Assembly: GCA_951406725.2 (NCBI GenBank)
Contig: OX597826.1
Location: 21,266,001 to 21,330,000, forward strand
Origin: Octopus vulgaris
Lineage: Eukaryota
Direction of reading: 5' to 3'
Length of the DNA: 64,000 bases
A program made the translations under genes and the position numbers. Below are positions 52,719-64,000 of the stretch, one piece after another. Positions within the stretch are counted from its first letter, which is position 1; each line of letters begins with the position of its first letter. The notes under the pieces are model-generated. The model made no database searches. It was given only the letters and a program-made list of their open reading frames with translations, and was not told where the DNA came from.

Positions 52719-55700
52719 TATATATATATATATATATATATATACACCTACACACACATATATATATATACACACAGGCAGTTGACCCCATAGATGCAAG
52801 ACTTTATTTTGATAACTTTTAAGTTTTAAGGAGGTGAAATAAGACAGAAACATGCTTTATTTCATTAGCTGGCTTTAAATACCAGATCAACTGCCAACTG
52901 TATTTAAAAATTAATCCAACTGGTTGTTATTAGAGTTACTGCTCTTGCGTGTTTTTAGATTAAGAATACACGAGCCCAAGAGGGAGATTTTGTCAAGAGA
53001 CTGCATGGATAGTATTGATTGACAGATGCTAAATTCTTATGTAACTTTCCAGTATTTTTCTTTGAATGGTTACAATGATAAAAGATCCAAAATGATTGAT
53101 CTAGTGATGAAAAGAAAAGATCACCAAGTGCATTCACCGTAAATGCACTGGGAAGAATTAATTATGTCATCTTAAATGTCACCTGTAATTTCATCACAAA
53201 GTAATTACATTCTGAACCAATAAACAAGTTTTCCGTAAGAGTAAATTTAATATAAATAACTGTCTTTGCACTTCTTCTTTGACATGCTTATTTTGTGAAT
53301 AAAAACTGTAAATTGTGTTTTAACTATTTATATTCAGCAGATACATATTAGATGAGAGTTACCTTGTGATGTAATACCTAATGATGAAATTACAGGTGAT
53401 AGATTTACTTTAATGTGCTCATTCACAATATATTTACTATTTACTGCAGAGAAGACTGAAGAATAGTTAAAATACACACACACACTTTATTTGTGGGTTA
53501 ACAAGGCAACCAATGGTTTTATGTGAAGAGATCTTCACAATTGTTCAAGCATACCACATGGCAGTGTTAGTACTGCCATTTTGGTCATTCTCACTGTTCG
53601 ATATTAGTGTATATAAACATATATACGTATATATATATATATATATAACACATTTCACTTTGAATACTTGATAGTTTATTTCTAATTAAAAATTTATATA
53701 TGAAAATATTTAAAACAAAACAAAAAAAAAAGAAAGAAAGAAAATACTGCAAAGAATATCTCTGGAATATAAATTGAAATATAGATTTATTTCCTTATTT
53801 TCAGCAGTTCTGATAATTTTATAATTCATTATGCCATGGAGAAAGGAAAAAAAGAGAGAGAAGAACATTTGTTGTTCTTTGAGATCAGGTGTATATGTGT
53901 GTGTGTGTGTGTGTGTACATATCTATATAATATAGATAGATATATCTAAATGTCAAGTGACAATAAAAACGAATTAACTTCAAACTGGTATTTGTTTACT
54001 TTTTTGTAGAATACATGTTTACTAAACTTTCACAAAAGGAGGGTCGACAGTAACTGCAAAGTTTCAGTCTGGTAGCTTTTGTTGGATGAAGGCTAGCAAG
54101 CTGAGGTCTCAAAGTCGCTACTCACACACACATACACACACACTAATGCAGCTATGGAAGATGATGTTGTTTTGGTTATGATGATGAGAGTATAGTCAAA
54201 TGATCAACTGAGCTGCTCCCTACGTATTGTGTTTTTGTGTAAATGGTTGAGTATTCCACAGACGTTTGTACTCTTAACGCAATCCTCTGAAAGGATCAGT
54301 GTGACACAGTATCTGACAAGGTTGAATCTTTGAATTACAGCTAAAATCCATTGAAAGAGCTTCCAAACAGTTTCCATCTGCAGGTTGATCTGAGGCTGAT
54401 GTTAAAGAGGATTACTCCGAGTAGAGAACAGTGAGATTGAACTTGGGACCACATGAGAGTGAAGTAAACTTGTTAACCATTCAACCATGGAACCATGTCA
54501 TACAGATCAATCAGCCGTCCAGTCACCGTTATTGGAATCAATGAAAAATCAATATTTTATTGGTTGTTCACAGAAGAAACTAATATGGCATGGAACTTGA
54601 GAACTCAAAACAAAGATTAAAACAAATGAAAAATAAGCAAGTGTTTAGGAATTGAAGAGTTTTAGATTCGTCTGGGAGGTGTTCTTTGTTTATTTTAGCC
54701 AACACGGCAACCAGGCCCAGGCTGGGGCAACCATAAAGTAAATAATATCAAAGCGGGTCTATACATTTGTAACATTGATGAAGCTTATTAGTCAATAGTG
54801 ATGATGACGATGACGACAAATCCAAGTCTACAGTTGACTATCAATATGAAAATTTGATGCAAAAATTGTCCCCATGAATGGCAACAGAATTAATGAAAGT
54901 ACTAACTTTTGATTGCCATCACAGAATTAATCAAACTGGAACGACAGCCAACAACACTGAAATAGGATGGTAAACCCACAGCAAAATTTTTTCTTAGAAT
55001 ATAAAAAGTCTTTTATTCATAAAGTAACGATAAGAAATGATATGAACAGAGTTGTTTTTACAAGCACACACACACACAGTGATGTCATTTTTATACATGT
55101 TCAGAGCTGTCATTTTTTTTCTCTCTCCATATCTCAACCATACAATTACAACAATGTTTTCTCTTTGTCATGATATGGCTTTCTCGCAACATATCTCACA
55201 TTTCAAGAGTCTTTAGAATTTATTTTCATTTCATAGAATGGCCTGCTTTCATATCACTTGTGAAAATAGGTTTGAAATTATATTTTAAAGAAAAGCTGAA
55301 ATCAGCTTCTCTTCACATCTATTTTAAAAATGAAGAACTGAAAATCTTCGATAACAGTTTCCATCGATATAAAAGATATTTACAAGCCGTGAAAAGTTGT
55401 TTAAAATACTGCACATAATTAATTAAAAGAAAGAAAAATATAATTTGCTCAATAAATATTGTAGTGAGTGTCAAAGTTTGTTGAGATTTGTAATAATGGA
55501 ACCAACAATATTTTCAATTTAACACAAGTCCATTGGTTTCCAGAAGACATCCAACCAATTTCTGGGATTCAGTCAAACGACATCAAACATCCTGAAAGAA
55601 ATTTATGGAGAACATCAAGAAATGTGAACAGAAAGATTGTTTTATGTTAATTAATGTTAATGACTTTTTGTTGAACCTATGCCAGCAAAGAAAACTGGCA

Positions 55701-56799
55701 ATAAATGATCATTCTTTTACCATAATGTGACATAAAATATTCTTGCATTGCTATGGGATGAAGAACAAAGACTTCAAATTGTTTAAATAGCTCAAATTAT
55801 TTTTTCATTGGTAAAGAAAATAAAAATCATTTTAAGTAGATAAGAAAGGGTTTCCTTGTCAACAAGAATGAACTCTGAAGGAAACTAGGGCTAGATAAAG
55901 TATAAACCCAACCCCCCAAAATTTCTAGTTTTATGTAAAAAGGAATAGCATCAATGCATGAGAAAATAGGAGCACAATTGTTTGGAAGGAATTGGTTTGC
56001 TTACAGCAGGTTGTAAATAGCTGAACCAGTCAAATTCTTCAACAATTTTACAGAGAGAAGATCCACAAAACAAACTGATTTATTTGCTTCCACATATAAA
56101 ATGGGTCTAAACCCAGAAGCTGGTACTACTGAGATTTTGCCAATAATTCTTAAAACAAGCAAAAAATCTTTATGCCAAAACATGAGAGAGAGAGAGCGAA
56201 AGAGAGAGGGCATTGTATTTTTCTCTCCCTAACTGCAGATTTATCACTCTGACTTCACATATCAGCAAGGTCAGAGAACTGATAATTTATCAGAGAAACT
56301 GATTGTGTTCCAAAAAGAAAATGACTTGCTAAATCACACACACATGCACGCACACACACACACACATGCATGCACACACACACTCACACACACACACAGG
56401 TTCACTGCCCATCCATTGTAGTCATTACTTAAAAATTTCACCCTAACCAAAAGGTCATCAGATGGTGTTTGAAGGAAGAGACTTTTCTTTAAAACTGTAG
56501 CTGGATTTGAACTCAGAATATAAAGAAATGTATTTTTTTGACACTCTACCAATTCTGCCAATATCATTAACAATGACGACGACGATGATGATGATAATGA
56601 TAATAAATGAATACCTTCAAATAAATAACTAAATGGAACTAAGCTCGTTGTAACTGATTTGAAGATTTTGTTGCATCTGGTACACTTCGAAATGTCATGT
56701 AGGTGTACATTAGACTGCCAAGGACACTGCAAGAGAAAATACATTGAATTAGAAATTATCAGATTTTAGCAGCAACAGGTAAGACTTTTAGCTACACAT

Positions 56800-57060
56800 A
56801 TAAACTTGATGTACAATGCAAACTGATGGAAAGAAGGTCAGAGACAGCCCTTGTCAATGTGCGAAGAGTTTGTTGAAAGAAGGAGCTAGGTTAGGAGTAC
56901 ACAATTTAAAGGTACGGTCACCTTGTTGAGTTAAGGTGATAACTGAGTGCGGGTGGTAGTAGAGTGAAGGAGAGAGAGAAAGATCACTTGGTTGAGTTAG
57001 AGGGATCGGTGGAGTGAAGTCAAGAGTGCTAGCTGTGAAGAGCAATGTCCCCTTATATGA
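56800..57060 (-). pseudogene. Degenerate CR1/Jockey-group ORF2 fragment
   Basis: STLDFTPPIP..KLCTPNLAPSFNKLF resembles the CAPELAPxLxxLF segment that precedes the RT domain. Confidence 0.45.
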
Positions 57061-58134
57061 GAGAAAGAGAGAGAATGCATATGTGTAAGACTTAGCTGTT
57101 GAGTCTTGATCAGGTAGACCTATAAGCAAAGACATTCCAGCCATGGCCATGCCATTTTATTTCCTGAATAAGACTGCATTGTGTGTGGTGATTTCTTAAA
57201 GCCAAAGGGTGTGATCTAAGGTTTGCTTGGCAGTTACTTTTAGCAGGTTGAACATCATGTAAAAATGCTGTTAGTATATTTTAATGTAGGGAAGGAAAAG
57301 TGAAAATGATATTAACAAAAATGGACAGAATTACAGAAAGATTCTTGTGCCAAAAATGACCAAAGATAAAACAAAAGTTTTCAGAGTTTTGGCTGTTATT
57401 GTTGTTCTAGCCTTGGGTCAGACCTAATCAAGCAGACTTGCATTCAAAAGTGCTCCAGTCATTTCCCACTCACCTTATAGTCTCTAAAATTATTTTATCT
57501 AATAATAATGTATTGTTTCTATATTCAAGACAGAAATGCTGTCATTTAAGGCTGCTATTTCTAACATGTCAAACAACCACAGAGAGGCTTTGGGGGAAAG
57601 CAATTCAATAGAATTAATGAAGTAATTATCTGTAATTATTACCATCATAGTTGAGATGTTTAATCGTGCTAGGTGGTGATGTTTGAGAGAGAGAGTGAGA
57701 GAGACTGTATCTAGAGGGGAAGAAAGAGACAGAAAGTGGAGGGAAAGGCAGAGAGAGACAGAGGAGGAAGATAGAGAGAGAGTTAAAGTACTTAGTGGAG
57801 ACAATGGCCAGCTGGGGATTTGTTAGAGGGGACTTGGGAACCCTATTTGATGTGGTTATTGGATGATAAAAACAAGTTGTTTAATCCAGCAGCTGTAGAC
57901 ATGAAATGGTGAATGAAGTGGGCCAGATAGAGGGTGGGTTGGGGGATGAAGGGACAAAAACAGAAATTCATTGGAGGATAAAAATATGCAGTGACTGAGA
58001 CAGTTTTATCTGAAGACAGAATTTAAAGAACTTCAACTCTGTAGAGCACCAAGTAATCGACTTTTTAGATTGGTTCATGCATTGCAGATAATAAAGCCAA
58101 TTCCTTCGTTCTTTTACTGTGGAACCAACTTTAA

Positions 58135-59580
58135 CCCTTTAGTTACTATATTTCTGACCAAAATACACCCCTTATGTGTTTCAATTAATTTCTAACATAA
58201 TCATAAATTTAGTCTGGTTTCATTAAACAACTATAACTTTTTTATTTATCAATATACTAGCAGTATCGCCCGGCGTTGCTCAGGTTTGTAAGGGAAATAA
58301 CTATAAAGCATTTTTAGAGAGTTATAGCCAAAAAATAGCAAAAAAATGGAAAAAAATATGGTAAATTTTTTTTGAGAGTTAAAAAGGTGGAGTTGCGTCC
58401 CCTAGACAGTTTGTGGTTTGTGTTTCTGATTCTCGACCCCATGTCGAATTTATCGATTTTTTTCAGAACTGGGGGAACTTTTCAAAATTTTTGCTGCGTT
58501 AGTTTTGAATTATGACATTTAGCTATGTGTGTGTCAAGTTTCATCAGAATCGGTTGAAAGCCGTGGTCAGGATGAGGGTACAAGCAAACAGACACACAGA
58601 AACACGCACAGACAAACTGCCGTTTATATAGAGAGAGATTAACATGAATTTTGGAAGATAATTTAATGAAATGTTCTCAACCAATTCTATACTATAATTT
58701 TTGTCACAAAGTGACTCTAATTGCAGGTAGATACAGGTAAATTCAACAAAATATAAAATTATTAAAATTTTGTTCAAACATCGCTATAGAAAATGGGTTA
58801 TCAGCTAATATTCAATTGGGTATACAACAAAATTTTACGATAGAATTTGTTATTCTGGGTAACTTTCTGATACCCATAATAATATTTATGGCAAAATAGT
58901 CTTAATTTCATTTAAGGTTGTGGGAATACACTAACTATCCTTTCTTTCGCTTTGTTTACGTTTAGCGTAATGGTTCGTTTCCGCCGTAATGATTTCAAAA
59001 AGTAAAAAGAAATAGTCTAAGGCTTTACTCTTCTGGGAAAGTCTGTGGCTTGGTCCAGTTTATTCAGAAAAATCACTGAAAGAAACAGTTTTAAAATTTT
59101 CACTTCATACAGGTGCCAATTCATTTTCTTTATCGCTGTCGGAGCTCTCGGATTCACTGTTTTCACTTTCGGAAAATGAAACATCAGATTCATTATCAAA
59201 TACCACGTGCTTTTTTTTTTTTTAGTCATAGAGTTAGATTTATGAAGGTCTTCAGTAGAAAATCCTTCGAATTCTGACTCGCTGCTTGATATAATGAAAT
59301 TCGTATCCATTTTTTGTCAGAATTACAAATTTTGAAAACACAATAGGAACAAATTTCGGGAAAAAAATCTCCCAAAATTCACGGAATTAAAATTACACTT
59401 CGATTTTTGTACAAAACTGTAGTTGAACTCTTTACGAAGTATAATACGTATTTTCACGAATGTACTAAAGAGATTTGCTCTGATATTCTCATTTAAATAT
59501 GAATAGGTAAATTCGGACGGTTTTGGGCGGTTTGGTCACATTAACCAAAATTTTTTTCGGGCGGTTTGGTAACGAAAGGG
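58135..59580 (-). mobile_element. piggyBac internal-deletion derivative
   Basis: TTAA|CCCTTTAGTTAC ... GTAACGAAAGGG|TTAA (11/12 TIR match). An acidic N-terminus and TGPSHRL..ALDYFFLLFEIITAETNHYAK at about 58960-59310 are typical of piggyBac/PGBD transposase starts. Confidence 0.9.
58257..58638 (-). mobile_element. Small non-autonomous Helitron nested in the piggyBac
   Basis: Minus strand a|TCTCTCTCTATATAAACGGC ... CCTGAGCAACGCCGGGCGATACTGCTAG|t, with an A/T target and no TSD. Confidence 0.88.
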
Positions 59581-59752
59581 TTAATAGGTTTTAGTCTCCA
59601 ATAAGAAAAAGAACTATAGCACTTACTCTGATTAATTCCACAACAAACATTCATTAGTGTATTGTGGAATTAATCATTGGGCTCTCTCCCTCACACACAC
59701 AACATAAACATGCACATACATTATATATATATATATACAAACACACACACAC

Positions 59753-59783
<31 letters not shown>

Positions 59784-60218
59784 CCATTAGGTTCATTTAT
59801 GGGAAATGTTTTTGTGGACCCATATAAAAGCTCCTATCTTATTATGTTGGCTACGTCCAAGTGATTCCAACCTGAAACAGCTGTTTTATGGGATTGTACT
59901 GAGCTGTGCCGACATAGCGTAGCAATAATATAGTAGAAATAATAATAATGATAACAATGATCAAAGGATGGAATTTATTAATACTTATAAATTCCATCCA
60001 TGGATTATTATTATTATTGTTATTACTACTACTACTACTACTATATAGTAAAGGTGCATGTCCTATTATTACTATATATAATATACAAACTTACTGTTAA
60101 CAAAAGTCGGGATGCATGGCGTTCAATTATTCCATAAATGAAAAATTCATTAAGTACCACAAAACATACATGTAGGACAGACCCAAGGACCATAATCTTT
60201 CCTATATATATATATATA

Positions 60219-60460
60219 CTGGATCATTCCATAAATAATGCAGTTTTTTCAATTTTCAATTGCATAAACTAAAAGTCAGAGGGGGACGGGATAAACTACC
60301 TGCATCAACTTGCTATAAAAACAGGTAGTAATTTTACTTTGTACTTGTTCTTAGTGCAAGTTTTGACGAGTGCAGTTCGATTTTAAAAGTTATTTTTCCA
60401 AAACTATAATGGAAGTGACAAAGGAGTATGTTCGCCATATTTTTCTTTATGAGTTCAATA
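60219..60460 (+). mobile_element. 5' stub of a mariner element
   Basis: It starts after (TA)n. The ATG at 60409 gives MEVTKEYVRHIFLYEFN, a mariner transposase-like N-terminus. Confidence 0.65.
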
Positions 60461-63400
60461 ATTTGCCCAGCTCATGAGGGGATTGAACCAAGGATTACTA
60501 TGGATGTAGAGAAACCACTTTAACCACTCAACCATCACAATTAATGACACTAATTATTAAAAGCATTTGACTACAAGTCTGCCTCAGTTCTCACTTACCT
60601 TATATTTAAACCAATAAAATTAGTATAACTGAATATATAGTCACCACCAATAAACATTCCAATGTATGTAACTAACAGATTCTGAAATGGAAACAGGACA
60701 ACCAGAAATTAATAGTAATTAACAGACTAAGTGAAATTTGGCTAAATTAACATTTGTCAATTTCAGTTTATGCTAATTATTTGAAATGATTAAAATATTT
60801 GACCTTTATAAAAATGAAACCATTATAAGTGATATTTAAAACGGTGTGTGTGTGAAAAAGTGCTAGTTTAGAATTGGTCTGATCAGCTGCACCTGCACCA
60901 AGTGCACTCATTGAAATGCTAATACTTAAGTGTGACAGACAACTAAATGCACAAACACAAATGTGTAGGGCTCTGGCTGTTGTGTGCAGGGAATACTAAA
61001 AAAGGGACAAAAAGGACTCAACACTGGAAATAGAGTAAAATAATAAAGTCCAGATATTGTAAATTTGTGTGGTTTTTGAATGTTTAATGTGTGTCTTCTG
61101 TACTGTATTTGTAGAAGATATTTCATAAAATGTAATGGTCAAGATACAGAAGGACCACATGTGTCTTGTTAGGCTTCAGCAGATCTCCACCACAATCTGA
61201 TCAATGAATGTTCAGTTAAATATTACAATATCTGAGCTGATATCATCATCATCATCATTTTAATATCCACTTTTTCATGTTTGCAGGGGTCATACGGTAT
61301 TTGTTGAGGCTGATTTTCTGTTGCCAGATCCCATTCCTGTTGTCAATCCTCACCTATTTCCACATAGGGTAGTATTTCCCCTTAATCAGACAAGTCTTCA
61401 AGGAAGATTGGAAATGAACAGAACACCACCTATATGACGGTGGCACTTGTTTACAACTGTCACATGACGTCAAGACAAAAAGATACAAACACATACACAT
61501 ATTACATGTTATCATCACTATCATCATCTCGCATCCATCTTCCATGCTGGCATGGATGGATGGTCTGACAAGACCTGGCAAAGCCAGAGAATGGCACCAG
61601 GCTCCACTGTCTGCTCTGGCATGGTTTTTAGGGGGTCTGATGCCCCTTTTTAACCCCAACCACATTACAGATGCTTTTTACATGGCACCAGCACTGGCAG
61701 GGGTCAGCAAATAACTTGCAAGACAAAAAACCCCTGACTGGGAGAGGGGGTGGTAATCAGGGAGGTGGCTTTGTGCCAGTCGATGAGAGGTTAATGTACA
61801 ACAGAAGCATAGACATAGGTGCCTTGCTATAGAAGAGATACTTGGCTCCCCCAGTCAGAGGAGTTAGGGAAAAAGGTAGAGAGAGAGAGAGATGATGGAG
61901 GAAATGTGTTGGAATAATGGTACAATGGGGATTAACATAAGAGGTAAAGAGGATTGGGGAAAGAGGATAGAGGGGGATGTTTCATAAAAGTGTGAGGGGA
62001 AATGGTTAGAGATGGTTAGCGAGGTAATTCTAATGGTGAGGAAAATAATACTGTATGTATAGTGTAGTGTATAAACAACATGTTATTTTATATTATATTG
62101 TAAATATATATAAGTTGCTATTGTATAAAGTTCTCTCGGGTTGCCAGCTCCTGTCAAACCATCCAACCCATGCCAGCATGGAAAACAGACATGATGGTAA
62201 GGTTCTTCTGTAGACAATACTGTATATACTTTGTCCTGTTCCTATTTCCAACCTGACAGAAATCAGCACAGACACCCCAACTCATTGAATAAATCTACAG
62301 ACTATCACCATTTCAGTAAATTCTTGTTCATAGAAGTTAATTCCTTTTAATCTTGAATTTATGTTATAAAGTAGATGGTTAAAACATTTTCAACAATTCC
62401 ATTGAATAAATAAAAATTGCTGAAGCATCTTACCTTAATCACACCAACAATAGTTGTTGTTAGAGCAGAGTTATAAGATGTACAGAGAACAATGGAGAAG
62501 TTAAGAATAAAACCCATAATACAAGACATTAAGAAACAAGCAATAAATACAGGATCGGACCAATGTGGGAAAGAAATTATCTGAAAATAAAAAAAAATAA
62601 ATACAAATAAATTTCTTATGAAAGAGAAAATTGAAAACTTTAAATTTACAAATTTAAATATTGAAAATTTTTACATAAAATTGCATATACAACAAAATGA
62701 GTATAGCAACATGTATACAATAACATGGAGATAATACCATCAAAATGTATACAACTGTATACAAAATGTATACAATAAGGTGTATACAATAACATATGTA
62801 CCATAACATGTAAACGATAAATGACATTCATTTGTTTATATTAATAAAACTGAAAATTTGCTGTTTTTCTCTTATGAAAAGAATTTTTTTGAAATAATTC
62901 TACATTTCTATGTAGAATAGTAAGATATCTGATCTACTCGCTGTGGAGAAGACAGCAAAAGAGTTTTATGAAGAACTGCCAGTGATATCTATTGCATCAG
63001 TCACTCTATGCCATAAAGTTTTTTTCGCCTGTGTGATGACTTCATACCAAGCCAAGAGGCAGTCCAGGGACTGAGGATGCCAAAATTCACAACAGCGACC
63101 AACATGAAAAGGTGTCTTTTTGGCATTGATTTGAACCCAAGTCATCTTCCATTCCTCTGTTGAAAATTCAGACATTTATCTATAATATTGCAGAAGATTT
63201 TAGAGGTGTATTTACCAGGAAAAGTGAATTGATCCAAAAACACGTGTTGAAAGTAAAACAATTACAGCATCTGTGACTATCTGTGACCTGGTGACTGACA
63301 CGGTTCCATTATAACTGAATCCATGTCAGTGACTGGGTTGCAGTTGATGCCAAATAATAACTGTTTCAGTGAAGTTAATAATTTTGTGAGGTTTTTGAAG

Positions 63401-64000
63401 GTTTAATGTGTGTCTTCTATACTGTATTTGGAGTAGATATTTCATAAAATGGAATGGTCAAGATACAGAAGGACCACATTATAAGAGATTGGAGTGGTAG
63501 GGTGTGCAAATATTATACACAATGGAAAGGTACCAATATTTCCCATTTAATGAAGAAATCTGCAACAAGTAATGCCATCCTCCTCCTCTTCTGTTTAAGA
63601 TGACAGCAACAATAATGATTGTTACTTGACAGGGTGTTAACTTCACAAATTTTGGATCATTGTACTCTTGGTTCAAATCTTGTAGAGGTCAACTTTTCTT
63701 TTTATTCTTTAGGGGTTAATAGACAAAGTACCAGTTGTGTATTTGGGTTAATTTTTTCCTCTCTTTGGTCTTTTTCTGGAGGAAGTCAACTGAAATGACA
63801 GGGATGGAAGCTGCAAGGCTTATTTGTCCAAGACACACTATATGTCACAATGGCAACTTTATGATTCCATCAGAGGCTGTGAGTGTGTGGGAGACCAAAG
63901 CATGCCATGTACTCTCCACAGACCTTCACTCTCAAATCCTGTAAAACATATTCTGTGTGTGTGTGTGATGTTATAATTACAATAGTAAAAAAACTCATAA

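Noticed and set aside
62966-63175. 69-aa minus-strand ORF MSEFSTEEWK
   Set aside because: It is short, has no recognisable homology, and the upstream frames are closed, so it cannot be supported without expression data.

Overview
This is AT-rich, microsatellite-dense eukaryotic DNA made almost entirely of transposable elements. The SINE and simple-repeat repertoire looks like a cephalopod (octopus-like) genome, which is an inference. I could not support any intact host gene, rRNA, tRNA gene or CRISPR array. The main content is: three minus-strand Tx1 (L1-group) LINEs (18.1-23.5, 23.5-30.4 and 34.6-40.0 kb), each bordered by (GATA)n/(TATC)n; a young non-autonomous LTR element with a tRNA-Trp-like PBS nested in one of them; two Tc1 relics; a mariner stub; two piggyBac derivatives; two non-autonomous Helitrons, one carrying a Tx1 ORF1 5' fragment; RTE 3' ends; many tRNA-derived SINEs; and several Penelope-type relics. 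The strongest candidates for novelty are three. First, a 358-bp tandem dimer at 40.7-41.4 kb in which each unit holds a type I hammerhead ribozyme fold inside a long stem, giving a retrozyme-like element that could produce circular RNA. Second, apparent targeting of GATA microsatellites by the Tx1 family. Third, a SINE subfamily whose 3' tail matches the Tx1 3' end, suggesting a SINE/LINE partnership. All alignments and folds were done by eye, and boundaries of degenerate elements are approximate.
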